From an uncultured Clostridia bacterium (GTDB lineage Bacteria; Bacillota; Clostridia; Christensenellales; UBA1242): a stretch of DNA of 64,000 bases. The stretch covers positions 1 through 64,000 of the forward strand of contig CALWPI010000001.1 in NCBI GenBank assembly GCA_944383385.1. Direction: 5' to 3'. A model generated the notes under the pieces. It did not search any database. It was not told the DNA's origin and was given only the letters and a program-made list of their open reading frames with translations. Position 1 is the first letter of the stretch. Every line of letters begins with the position of its first letter. This document shows positions 40,301 to 49,687 of the stretch, piece after piece. The translations under genes were made by a program, and so were the position numbers.

Positions 40301-43300
40301 AAGGCATTCAAAATATGCTAAAACTTCAAGCAAATAGTAATGGTCAAAATATTATTTGGCTTGTAAAAGATAGCGCTGTGGATACAACAAATCTCACAAG
40401 TTCTATGGACTTTATTATATATGGACAAGATACAGATAGCACATATTATGGTCCTATACTATATCAATTAGACACATCAAAGGTAGATATTTCTCAACAA
40501 GGAAATGTTGAAAATTATTTACAAAATTTTGCACAAAGCACAGTTAGTGAATGGCAGATTAGTTATTATGTCTCACAAACGGATGATATTGCTGATTTGA
40601 ATAGTCTGGCATGGCAATCAACTTCGGTTGAGAATAACCCATACCTTACAATATCAAAAGATGTCAACCAAAATTATCATATGAATATTTTGCAAGGCAC
40701 TCAACATGGCGTGTATATCAAACTGACAGTTACACTTTATAACTATGAACTGCCAAATGGCGTGACAAGCGATTATACATTTGATGGCATTAGTTATCAA
40801 ATTGCAAAGAGATTCACTACATACATTGTCTTGTATCAAGACGAACCAGTAATCACACTGTATAGTCGTTTTGACGGAGAAGGTGATGGGGTTTTGAATG
40901 GTGGTACAGCTGATGAAGGCGAGTATCGCAATGTTACAGCAGGAGATACAGTGTCTCTTGTGGGTAGCCAAAACGAAAGTGATTATATTGTAGTAACCTT
41001 GTCCAACAAATCAATTATTTCTTCTGCCTATATGAACATAAATCTTGCTGATAGGTCAAAGATGATATTCTTAGCATACTATGGGGCAGGTAATAATGAC
41101 AACCCAACCAGGACTTATGAAATAGACGGTACAAAACTTTTGAACAAGTTGGAACTAGAAATATTTGACTCTGGCATTGATTCATCTGCCACCTTTACTG
41201 TAAGTGTTGCAGGCAAAACATCAATATACTATTTATCAATTACTAAAAACGTCAATATAACTATAAACGAGATGTCAGCAAATACAACAGGAAATTACAA
41301 TGTTGAACAAGATAACAATGATTATTATGTTCTAAATGTCGAAGATACTGGGACAAAATCCACCCCAGTAAGATACGCTTTGAGTGAAATATTCTCAATG
41401 ACAAAAATAAACGACGGGCAAAATGTTGATATTACGTTTGGCTTTGTCGACCAAGAAGATAGTGCAAATGATTATTACAAAATACATACACTAAACGGTA
41501 TACAATACTTGTATATTGGCAGAGTATTCAACACAATGACTTTTGATATAAATATTTCTTATAAATTGTCTAGTGAAGACACAGTCACGAGCACATATTA
41601 TAAGACTATAAGGGTCAAGGTCAATCCAACAATTGCTGTAAGCATTGAAGGAGACTACAATAGTTCAAATCCTTTGGATGTAGTGACCGGCGAAAATTAT
41701 AATATTTACGAAAATGATACATATTATATTCACGGCACATATAACAACGCAGAAATGGACGTTGCAACCTTACTAAATTATGTAAATGTCAGTGTTGACA
41801 GAAATAGTATCAGTGCAGAAGATTTGGTTGCACTTGGTGGACTAAATATGTCCAGTGACAAAAAATCGATTACATCAACATTTACAATCAAAAATGTCAA
41901 CAATGTAAGATTTATTATTCAACTAGCACAAGCAACTGTTTCTATAAACGCTGATAGTATTAGTTTGAGTGCAAATTCTTATATCATGACAGATATGTCA
42001 ATGTACTTTAATTTCAAACCAAATGTATCTTTTGTCGCAACGAACGGACAAGATAATAATAGTCAAGAAAATCCATACATTTTGCAAGATACTCAAATTG
42101 CAAGTACGGGCACACAAGGTGAGTTTGTATTGTTTGGAGAAGAAAATGATTTGATAAAATTTGTTGCAACATATGGTGGACAACAAACTGATATTACCTT
42201 AAATGTAATTTCTTCAATTAGTTTAAGCAAAAAAGTGCTAAACGAAGACGGTTTGACATATAGTTGGGTAGCACTTGAAGACGGATATATTCAAGTTGTA
42301 GTAGACGACAACAAAGTCGTTATAAACAAATTGACTAGCGTAAATCAAGATATAGATATTAGAATCAATTTTGAAAATCAATTTGGTGTAAATGCATATT
42401 ATTATGTCACACTAAAAAGTGATGTGTTAATTAGAGCGCATTATCCAATTCTAGCAAATGGCGAAAATGTGGCAGTTGGTACAAGCATTGATTTGAACCA
42501 AGGCTATGCGCTATCCAACAATAGATTAGAAATCTATTTTAGTGACGGCACAACTCCAATTACTTATGCCTTTGACAAAACTTATCAACTATTTGCAGAC
42601 CAAACACTTGCAAATACTATTGATACAAACGTTGCTGAAATATCTGCACAAGGCAAATTGTACGTAAAACAAAGCATTAGTGATATTTATATTAAGGTGA
42701 CATTGTCTTGTGGTTCTTATGCTATATATCATATTATTGTTGTGCCAGAAGGATTTAGTAGTGGTATTTCAAACACTACTCAAATCGTTAAGGCAAATCA
42801 CGAATATACACTTGATGAATTGCTTGGCAATGCAAAATATGCTGCACTAAAAACTGCTGATGGCAAAGAAATAATAAGCCAAAGCACTTATACATTTGAA
42901 GAAACATATTCAGCAACCAAATACGAAGTCCAATTCTATGTCTACAATGATGATAGTTTGCAAAGCGAAGGGGAGAAGATTTATACATTCCAAGTAGAAA
43001 GGAATATAACAATCGTATCAAATACTGATTATAGCGAAATTGCTGCAAACAATGAATATCAATTGTATTATACTAATGAAAGTGGCGAAAACTATATTTT
43101 GGCATTGACCAAAGATGACGGAACAAACGAGTATTTAGATGCATCAATGTTTACATATTCAACAAACAATGAAAACATTGTTATCGCAGGAAATACTATA
43201 AAGTATAATGGCAATGTAAATAGCAATCAAAAAGTAACCATTACAGTAGAATATGAAGATTATATTATTGGGACAGTCAATGTTACAATTGTGCCAAATA

Positions 43301-44553
43301 TCAAAAATTTGATAAAAGAAGACCTTTACAACTATACAGCACTTGCTAGTTATAATGTTATAAGTCCAGCCAGTGGTACAGGTACAATTTTGGTTAGTGA
43401 GTATAGTTCACCAACTAATTATATTGGTGAAGATATTGATGGAACACTTACTTACTCTATTGATAATTTACCACAAGGAGTATCAATTAGTGGAGATGGT
43501 AATATTACATATCCAATAGTCAACAAAACAATCTCATTTGTTGTCACAGCAACAATTACTTGGAGAGACGTTTCATATAGCGAAAAAGTGACAATATATG
43601 TTCAAAATAACCTTGACACAAATACTATCAAGACACCAACTATTAGTGTTGATGCTGGACAAGTGATACCACTTGATGTTACTAGAACAGGAAACACCAT
43701 TTCATTGGAAGGCAATGCATTATTTAGCCTAAGAAATGAAGGGGAGACAAACATTGTTTTAAGATTTGATGAAATTGAAACAAGTGATTATAGTATAGTT
43801 AAAGATAGTGATGGAACATATAGTTTGTATGTCTACAATTCAAATAATACTAATGCAATTAAAATTAGTTACTATATTGATTTTATTGGAACAACAAGTG
43901 TTGATGAATGTTACAAAGACAACCTGACGTACTTCTATATTCAATTGAATACTGCAAGTGTTGTTGATGAAATTGCAATTAAAGACGGCAACGATAATGC
44001 AATTACGCTAGATACAAATGCTATACTACTAAATGACATTCTAAATATTGGTGATAATAATTCTTCAATTTGGTATCATAGTGTTTATGCAAGTGACTCA
44101 AATGGTAATACTGACGGACACAAGATTGTTCAAAATGGCAACGAAACATATCTAGTATTTGCTTGTACAACGGAAGAACAAGAGGTCGATATTAGATTGT
44201 ATCCATATAGTGGAGCGACAAACTTTGTTACTATTACATTTACCGTTCCAGCATCTAATGCATTAGAAAATGTTAATATTGACCTACAATATACCGGCAG
44301 TCCAATTGTACACGATTTAGAAAATGATTTTGTATTTATGGACAGTACAGGAACAACAGAATTTGACAAGTCAATATTTGATTATACTATTGAAAATGTT
44401 GCACCAGTAGGACAGATAACAGATTCTAACTTGAACGGAAGTATTCTAACTATTGACACATTGACGGCGACAACTACGCTTGTTATAAATGTGACAGATG
44501 GTATAAACACATTTAGAATAATTATCAATATTACAGTAGCAACTACTGAATGA
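37315..44553 (+). CDS. Giant membrane-anchored surface protein (2412 aa; N-terminal signal-anchor, cadherin-like/He_PIG-type Ig segment near residue ~2040); function unknown
   Basis: Single uninterrupted 7.2-kb ORF. The N-terminus MGKIFKVLGYVFLGLFILALGVVGFLYF is a TM segment. The motif YSIDNLPQGVSISGDGNITYPIVNKTISFVVTATITW is Ig-like. Confidence 0.65.
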   Translation: MGKIFKVLGYVFLGLFILALGVVGFLYFSGAFNDNKIELDTIAFEIDADNMENIESMLIGGQETLIVTDDIQMTIGYTPSNATSKTINLRVKAGQDFISVPSQVIAGEPFTIHIDKENENYGGTVIISAADVKGQTKVDKDLIFVVDRPVEDLTLFNFANEVGVSDSGPIIAFSKELLPFQLESTPLNALNPNLASSEFDTSKFFKNIKVESQDASIVEVVKNETNPTEINIANNSVLLNYYLRTVNKGTADVVATMFPTYIMDADYTATNFEKFLASDPQYIMFSTIANDCAKFVTKYKDYILSIEEQIYMPSLGKSMNGEELINELTNNGTVEISFTTDNRGADVFQDVLQFMQIKAQYSVSVVMGEVDSISVDTNSIDWILHKDNSAQPYTIDSLVSTFGLTINPENDNNNLDSLLSSIKINALLVDTTNHTFTFENYEDDATLQSIIDLLNNPETNRSTGIEGRSSLFPDFKVTNDPENYFIDGYMHYEKAEFVGNHSEILTNGIFGVKEEMRGEEKVWVMTSYNQIPDGMELYLHFSLETIMAHEDQNINVIYETIVKVNISTNTIPVDSNILIQGSIPSVLVTNESGVYYNGVMAYNTYSSDIDYATLSTSEGISEFSYTTMRYLVKQSEVQKIETNGETPCIDVVRDGQGNIVAHRLSDGEIYYEVNNSRNGVLNLRATNISPYEVEPSKVYTNAHIYSVIIKTDREGNPIYEEDGSYIVIAKKMSNDTFVVRSFIDNLYYYSAITTQEGQTDKTTYVLRNYNIPGDRLVNYPMGTGDDVTNALVLLNDTTHTATLFDSDQSSGDLNYDEIVAYVEANQGSVVITIDKNVNPIINEEMNFIVLNYIIDSNGNMYLTDDNMRETEVVKYKSALDDEYPYLTFQPGVGEVSQEDIGSYVQTIVSKETSETGNIKSFISLKVIALQDDQIDIRCVGTTNNVEDSLFMYPFYIDYDKSDTAQNLFGFQHAQATEEEYYTYAYSDNYVSGNLGEGIQNMLKLQANSNGQNIIWLVKDSAVDTTNLTSSMDFIIYGQDTDSTYYGPILYQLDTSKVDISQQGNVENYLQNFAQSTVSEWQISYYVSQTDDIADLNSLAWQSTSVENNPYLTISKDVNQNYHMNILQGTQHGVYIKLTVTLYNYELPNGVTSDYTFDGISYQIAKRFTTYIVLYQDEPVITLYSRFDGEGDGVLNGGTADEGEYRNVTAGDTVSLVGSQNESDYIVVTLSNKSIISSAYMNINLADRSKMIFLAYYGAGNNDNPTRTYEIDGTKLLNKLELEIFDSGIDSSATFTVSVAGKTSIYYLSITKNVNITINEMSANTTGNYNVEQDNNDYYVLNVEDTGTKSTPVRYALSEIFSMTKINDGQNVDITFGFVDQEDSANDYYKIHTLNGIQYLYIGRVFNTMTFDINISYKLSSEDTVTSTYYKTIRVKVNPTIAVSIEGDYNSSNPLDVVTGENYNIYENDTYYIHGTYNNAEMDVATLLNYVNVSVDRNSISAEDLVALGGLNMSSDKKSITSTFTIKNVNNVRFIIQLAQATVSINADSISLSANSYIMTDMSMYFNFKPNVSFVATNGQDNNSQENPYILQDTQIASTGTQGEFVLFGEENDLIKFVATYGGQQTDITLNVISSISLSKKVLNEDGLTYSWVALEDGYIQVVVDDNKVVINKLTSVNQDIDIRINFENQFGVNAYYYVTLKSDVLIRAHYPILANGENVAVGTSIDLNQGYALSNNRLEIYFSDGTTPITYAFDKTYQLFADQTLANTIDTNVAEISAQGKLYVKQSISDIYIKVTLSCGSYAIYHIIVVPEGFSSGISNTTQIVKANHEYTLDELLGNAKYAALKTADGKEIISQSTYTFEETYSATKYEVQFYVYNDDSLQSEGEKIYTFQVERNITIVSNTDYSEIAANNEYQLYYTNESGENYILALTKDDGTNEYLDASMFTYSTNNENIVIAGNTIKYNGNVNSNQKVTITVEYEDYIIGTVNVTIVPNIKNLIKEDLYNYTALASYNVISPASGTGTILVSEYSSPTNYIGEDIDGTLTYSIDNLPQGVSISGDGNITYPIVNKTISFVVTATITWRDVSYSEKVTIYVQNNLDTNTIKTPTISVDAGQVIPLDVTRTGNTISLEGNALFSLRNEGETNIVLRFDEIETSDYSIVKDSDGTYSLYVYNSNNTNAIKISYYIDFIGTTSVDECYKDNLTYFYIQLNTASVVDEIAIKDGNDNAITLDTNAILLNDILNIGDNNSSIWYHSVYASDSNGNTDGHKIVQNGNETYLVFACTTEEQEVDIRLYPYSGATNFVTITFTVPASNALENVNIDLQYTGSPIVHDLENDFVFMDSTGTTEFDKSIFDYTIENVAPVGQITDSNLNGSILTIDTLTATTTLVINVTDGINTFRIIINITVATTE

Positions 44554-44565
44554 TAATGAGACGAA

Positions 44566-44589
44566 AAGAAGGGGAAACCCTTCTTTTTA
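44566..44589 (+). terminator. Rho-independent terminator
   Basis: gaagggg aaa cccttc hairpin followed by TTTTT. Confidence 0.65.
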
Positions 44590-44665
44590 TGTGCTATATA
44601 TAAAATAATAAAAAGTAGTATTTTATAGAAATAATATAAAAATGTAAAATATTAGCAAATATCAA

Positions 44666-44695
44666 GAATATTCCTTACTTTTTTTTAGCAAACTA
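44666..44695 (+). promoter_or_regulatory. Candidate forespore (sigma-G/F-type) promoter GAATA-18-CAAACTA upstream of spoVT
   Basis: GAATA at 44666-44670, an 18-nt spacer, and CAAACTA at 44689-44695, compared with the gnATR-18-CATnnTA consensus. B. subtilis spoVT is sigma-G dependent. Confidence 0.3.
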
Positions 44696-44714
44696 AAATA
44701 GTAAGGAGAAAAGT

Positions 44715-45263
44715 ATGAAAGACAGTGGCATTGTAAGAAAAATTGATGATTTGGGACGTATAGTTGTGCCAAAAGAATTGAGAAAGACACTAAAAATAGG
44801 AATAGGCACACCTATTGAAATTTGTATGGTTGATGGCAAAATTGTGCTCACAAAATATTCAAGAGCAAATGATATTTTAGAAGTGGGCAAACAATTATGT
44901 TCAAGTCTGTCAAAAATGCTTGATTGTGGTGTTATTTTATGTGATGATGACAAAATTCAAATTGTGTCAAATGCGAGCAAAAAACAATATCATAATATAG
45001 AGATATCATCTCAATTACATAAATATTTTGAGTCTAAAACACCAGTTATTTTGCGAAAAGTAGACGGCTCATATATGATACCTATTTATAATGGGGACAA
45101 GAATGAGTATACCAGTCAAATCGTTTATCCTTTAATAAATAATGGCGAGATTATAAGTGTGCTAGTATTATTTACAACACAGGACCGTCTATTAGAATAT
45201 GGCGAAATGGCTATTTGTAAATACATAAATTTTTATATAAACGAAGTAATGGATGTTGAATAA
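44715..45263 (+). CDS. spoVT: Stage V sporulation protein T (AbrB-type DNA-binding domain + GAF domain)
   Basis: MKDSGIVRKIDDLGRIVVPKELRKTLKIGIGTPIEICMVDGKIVLTKY is an AbrB/SpoVT swapped-hairpin N-terminus. The 182-aa length matches SpoVT. The gene is followed by a yabM-like gene as in Bacillus. Confidence 0.8.
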   Translation: MKDSGIVRKIDDLGRIVVPKELRKTLKIGIGTPIEICMVDGKIVLTKYSRANDILEVGKQLCSSLSKMLDCGVILCDDDKIQIVSNASKKQYHNIEISSQLHKYFESKTPVILRKVDGSYMIPIYNGDKNEYTSQIVYPLINNGEIISVLVLFTTQDRLLEYGEMAICKYINFYINEVMDVE

Positions 45264-46858
45264 TGAAAAAAAAGTCATTTATATATGGTGCAGTTATTCT
45301 TTCATTTGCAGGCATTATTGCCAAAGGTATGGGTGCTTTTTATAAAATACCACTCACCAACATATTGGGTTCGCAAGGTATTGGAATATACTATTTGATA
45401 TTTCCAATATACTCTATTTTGCTCGTTTTGTGTAGCAGTGGGATAAGTGTGGCTGTTAGTCGATTTGTTGCAGTAGAACGCAGTCGTGGCAATGTCGAAG
45501 GCGAGAAACGTGTTCTAAAAATTGGGCTGGTTTATAGTACAATATTGTCATTAATATGTGCGACTTTGCTCGTAGTTTTGGCTTCATATATTGCAGAGTG
45601 GCAGGGCAATATAAATTCTAGACTTGGACTTGTTGCTATCGCACCTGCAATCATATTTGCATCACTAGTAGCTGTTTTTCGTGGATATTTTCAAGGACTA
45701 GAAAACATGATACCAACATCAGCATCCAATATTATTGAACAAGGTGTCAAGATTGGATTTGGACTTTATTTTGCAAATTTATTTTTGTATAAAGGCGTTT
45801 CATTTGCTGTATTGGGAGCGACGCTCAGCGTATCACTTTGTGAGTTGGTTGCCTTGTTTATAATCTATATCAATTATTTGTTTGATAGAAGAAAATCGTC
45901 TTTTGAACCAGATAAAAATGTGCAAAGCACGTATAGACCACTTGTTGTACAAATGGGCAAATATTCCTTTTTTGCAACAATATCATGCCTTATTATGCCA
46001 TTATGTGGATTGTTTGATAGTTTTGTTATTATCAACATTTTGTTAGATAGTGGATTTTCTATGGCAGATGCAACAAGTTTGTATGGTATTAGTTGTGGTG
46101 TTGTATCAACTATTATTAGTATTCCAGTCATATTTACTATGGCAATTACCACTGTGCTTGTTCCAAACGTTAGTGGGATTGATGAAGACAGTTTGATTGC
46201 AACAAGATGTGCCTTTCTCACTAAAATATCCTGGCTATTGTCATTGTTTTGTTTTATTATAATATTAGTATTAGGACAAGACATCATTAGAGCACTGTTT
46301 GGACACGGACTAACTGTAAGTAATGTAGATGAGTTGGAGTTTGCTACAAAATTATTGCAGGTCAGTAGTGCAAGTGTTATATATTATTCGTTTGTGCAGA
46401 TTTTTAGTGGAATATTGCAAGCAATCAACAAACCACAATACAATTCTCTTGCCATGGGCATATCTTTTGTTGTGCGTTGTGCTTTGATATATTTATTGGT
46501 GTCAATAAAAGAAATCAATATTTTTGGTCAGGTAATAGGACAGTCAGTGTTTTTGATTATATCATGTATGATTCAACTATACTTTATCAAAAAGTATATG
46601 ATGTTTAGAATAGAATTTAATACTTTTGTAACAAAACCAATATTAGTTGCATTAATTGTTGGTGCAGCAGTCTATGGTCTTGATAAAGTATTGTATGGTA
46701 CAAATGTATGGGTTAGTTTAGTTTTGTGTGGTATGACGGCAATAATCCTATACACATTATTGATATGGAAAACCAAAGTATTCAATGTTGTGGAGCAAAA
46801 TTATTTCCCCAAAATATCATTTAGAAAGAAAAAAATATCTTCTTCAAATGAAAAATAA
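45263..46858 (+). CDS. MOP-superfamily flippase (YabM/SpoVB-like polysaccharide biosynthesis protein)
   Basis: 14-TM protein of 531 aa with a MurJ/Wzx-like N-terminus. Synteny with spoVT matches B. subtilis yabM. Confidence 0.7.
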   Translation: MKKKSFIYGAVILSFAGIIAKGMGAFYKIPLTNILGSQGIGIYYLIFPIYSILLVLCSSGISVAVSRFVAVERSRGNVEGEKRVLKIGLVYSTILSLICATLLVVLASYIAEWQGNINSRLGLVAIAPAIIFASLVAVFRGYFQGLENMIPTSASNIIEQGVKIGFGLYFANLFLYKGVSFAVLGATLSVSLCELVALFIIYINYLFDRRKSSFEPDKNVQSTYRPLVVQMGKYSFFATISCLIMPLCGLFDSFVIINILLDSGFSMADATSLYGISCGVVSTIISIPVIFTMAITTVLVPNVSGIDEDSLIATRCAFLTKISWLLSLFCFIIILVLGQDIIRALFGHGLTVSNVDELEFATKLLQVSSASVIYYSFVQIFSGILQAINKPQYNSLAMGISFVVRCALIYLLVSIKEINIFGQVIGQSVFLIISCMIQLYFIKKYMMFRIEFNTFVTKPILVALIVGAAVYGLDKVLYGTNVWVSLVLCGMTAIILYTLLIWKTKVFNVVEQNYFPKISFRKKKISSSNEK

Positions 46859-47072
46859 TTATATAATAAAAAATAAAAAAGTGGTCAATATTATATAAAA
46901 TGCCTATATTTAGTCATTTACAAAATTTAGAGTACTGATTGACCCAAAAGACGGAATAAAGCCATTTTTTTATAATGAAAAATATTCAAAAATTCTAAAA
47001 ATATGGCTATATTTACGGCTTTTTATGATATTTTTGCATTTTATAAAAAAATGAAAAAATATGTAATTTCGT

Positions 47073-47100
47073 TTGGAGATATCGCAAATTATGGTATAAT
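47073..47100 (+). promoter_or_regulatory. Putative extended -10 promoter for hup (TTGGAG-16-TGgTATAAT)
   Basis: TTGGAG at 47073-47078, TGg at 47092-47094, and TATAAT at 47095-47100. Confidence 0.45.
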
Positions 47101-47132
47101 ACAGTATAACCTAGTTATAAAGGAGAATATTT

Positions 47133-47408
47133 ATGAACAAAGTTGAATTAACAAGAGTTGTTGCTGAAAAAACAGAACTAACTCTAAAAGATGCTACAGA
47201 AGTAGTTGATGCTGTTCTAGGAACAGTTGTAGACGCTCTAGCACATGGCGAAGAAGTATCAATCGCAGGTTTTGGTAAATTCGTCGTAAAAAGAAGAGCT
47301 GCTCGTGAAAGCATCAATCCAAGAACAAAGGAAGTTGTAAAAGTTCCAGCATCAAAAGCTCCAGTATTCAAAGCTGGTAAAGCATTGAAGGAAGTAGTTA
47401 ATAAATAA
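47133..47408 (+). CDS. hup: DNA-binding protein HU
   Basis: MNKVELTRVVAEKTELTLKDATEVVDAVLGTV...GFGKFVVKRRAARESINPRTKE is canonical HU. Confidence 0.95.
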   Translation: MNKVELTRVVAEKTELTLKDATEVVDAVLGTVVDALAHGEEVSIAGFGKFVVKRRAARESINPRTKEVVKVPASKAPVFKAGKALKEVVNK

Positions 47409-47416
47409 ATTCCTTG

Positions 47417-47446
47417 AAAGTTCGCCTATGGCGGACTTTTTTTTAT
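47417..47446 (+). terminator. Rho-independent terminator
   Basis: gttcgcc tatg gcggac hairpin followed by T9. Confidence 0.65.
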
Positions 47447-47572
47447 TAAAACTAGAATTTTTTATATACATCATATTATTTTTGTTCTGCCACCTGACTA
47501 CAAATTGAGATATATTATCAATATGACTAATGTTTATTTTACAAATGTATATTATAATGATAAAATTATTGT

Positions 47573-48499
47573 ATGAATATAGGCAAATTTAAGTTAAAAA
47601 ACAACCTTATATTGGCACCCATGGCAGGCGTTAGCGACGTAGGATTTCGTGCTGTTTGTATCATGTGTGGTGCAGATTATGGCGTGTGCGAAATGGTAAG
47701 TGCCAAAGCACTTATTCATAATAGTAAAAAGACAATTGATTTGCTGACTACATCAAAATATGACAAAATCAAAGTAGCACAGATTTTTGGTAACGAACCT
47801 GATGTTATGGCAAAGGCTGTGCAACACCCAGCATTAGCCAAATTTGATATTATTGATATCAACATGGGTTGTCCAGCACCAAAAATTGTCAATAATGGTC
47901 AAGGGAGCGCATTGCTAAAAGATATTGCACTTGCTGAACAAATTATTCGTGCATGTGTGCTCGTGACAGACAAACCAATTACTGTCAAATTGAGAGTGGG
48001 ATATAATAATGGCGAGAATGTTGCAGTCGAATTTGCAAAAATGTGTGAAAGGGCAGGCGCAAAGGCAATAACTATTCATGGCAGGACAAAAGAACAGGGC
48101 TACAGTGGACAAGTCGATTATGACACAATAACAAAGGTCAAACAAGCAGTACACATTCCCGTCATTGGTAATGGTGACGTGACTGACGCAGATAGTTACG
48201 AAAAGATGCTCAAATGTGGTGTTGATGCTGTTATGATTGGACGAGGTGCATTTGGTCATCCACAAATATTTGCAGATTTACGAAATAAAAAGAGTAAAAA
48301 AACAATATATTATGTAAAGAAACATATACAGATTGATAGAAAATATTTTGAAGATAAAACAATACAAAAAGAATTAATCAAACATTTCTTGTGGTATGCA
48401 AAAGGTTGCAAAAGCACAGCCAAATTGAGAGTGGAAATTGCAAAGCAAAACAATATTGATGACACAATCAATTTGTTAGAGAAGAATTTGGAGAGGTAG
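47573..48499 (+). CDS. dusB: tRNA-dihydrouridine synthase (DusB-like)
   Basis: LILAPMAGVSDVGFRAVC is the N-terminal Dus motif, with a TIM-barrel FMN site. Confidence 0.85.
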   Translation: MNIGKFKLKNNLILAPMAGVSDVGFRAVCIMCGADYGVCEMVSAKALIHNSKKTIDLLTTSKYDKIKVAQIFGNEPDVMAKAVQHPALAKFDIIDINMGCPAPKIVNNGQGSALLKDIALAEQIIRACVLVTDKPITVKLRVGYNNGENVAVEFAKMCERAGAKAITIHGRTKEQGYSGQVDYDTITKVKQAVHIPVIGNGDVTDADSYEKMLKCGVDAVMIGRGAFGHPQIFADLRNKKSKKTIYYVKKHIQIDRKYFEDKTIQKELIKHFLWYAKGCKSTAKLRVEIAKQNNIDDTINLLEKNLER

Positions 48500-48501
48500 A
48501 T

Positions 48502-49677
48502 ATGAAGACAACAATAAAAGATTTAGACGTTAGTGGCAAAAAAGTATTAGTAAGAGTGGACTATAATGTTCCAATGAAAGACGGTGTAATCACAGATGAC
48601 ACTCGCATCAAGGAGTCTATACCAACTCTAATGTATTTGTTGGACCATGGGGCAAAACTCATTCTTATGAGTCATTTAGGTAGACCTGAGGGGGTAGACA
48701 AAAAATATAGCCTTGCACCAGTTGCAAAAAGATTAAAAGATTTGTTGAATGTAAAAGTTGTCATGAGTAAAGATGTTGTAGGGCCAGACACACAAGCCAA
48801 AGTACAAAAACTTGATAAAGGAATCCTTTTGCTTGAAAACTTACGTTTTGAAAAAGGCGAAGAAACTAATGACCCAAAATTTGTTAATAAACTTGCAAAA
48901 TTAGGAGATATTTATGTAAATGACGCCTTTGGTACTGCACATAGAAAACATGCATCGACATATGGAGTTGCAGAGAAATTGCCAAATGCTATTGGATTTC
49001 TAATGGAAAAAGAAGTCAGCAGTATCAATCGTGCATTCAATCACGCTGAAAGACCATTTACTGCGATATTAGGTGGGGCAAAAGTAAGTGATAAATTAAA
49101 AATAATTTATTGTTTGCTAGAAAGAGTCGACAATATCATAATTGGTGGAGCTATGGCATATACCTTCTTGAAAGCCAAGGGGTATAGTGTAGCAAATTCC
49201 AAGGTCGAAGATGATATGGTTCAAGATGCTGCAAATATTTTAGCAATTGCTGATGACAAAAAAGTCAAAGTATATTTGCCATGCGACCATATTGTGACAA
49301 CTAAAATAGATGATTATTCTAATGTCGAGTATATTAAGACAGCAAACATTCCAGAAGGATATATTGGTATGGACATTGGCAAGAAAACAATAAAACAATA
49401 TTCCAAAGTAATCAAAAAGTCAAAAACAATACTTTGGAACGGACCAATGGGGATGTTTGAAGTCGACAAATTTGCTAATGGCACAAAACAAATATGCAAG
49501 GCAGTGGCAAAGAGCAAAGGATATTCTATCGTTGGTGGTGGAGACAGTGCGAGCGCAGTAGTCAAATTTGGTTACAAAAACAAAATTAGCCACATAAGTA
49601 CTGGTGGTGGTGCAAGCCTAAAAATGTTTGAAGGTAAGGAACTGCCTGCATTGCAAGTAATAACTGACAAAAACTAA
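48502..49677 (+). CDS. pgk: Phosphoglycerate kinase
   Basis: Canonical PGK sequence (RVDYNVP, GGGASL). Confidence 0.95.
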   Translation: MKTTIKDLDVSGKKVLVRVDYNVPMKDGVITDDTRIKESIPTLMYLLDHGAKLILMSHLGRPEGVDKKYSLAPVAKRLKDLLNVKVVMSKDVVGPDTQAKVQKLDKGILLLENLRFEKGEETNDPKFVNKLAKLGDIYVNDAFGTAHRKHASTYGVAEKLPNAIGFLMEKEVSSINRAFNHAERPFTAILGGAKVSDKLKIIYCLLERVDNIIIGGAMAYTFLKAKGYSVANSKVEDDMVQDAANILAIADDKKVKVYLPCDHIVTTKIDDYSNVEYIKTANIPEGYIGMDIGKKTIKQYSKVIKKSKTILWNGPMGMFEVDKFANGTKQICKAVAKSKGYSIVGGGDSASAVVKFGYKNKISHISTGGGASLKMFEGKELPALQVITDKN

Positions 49678-49687
49678 TTGGAGAGAT

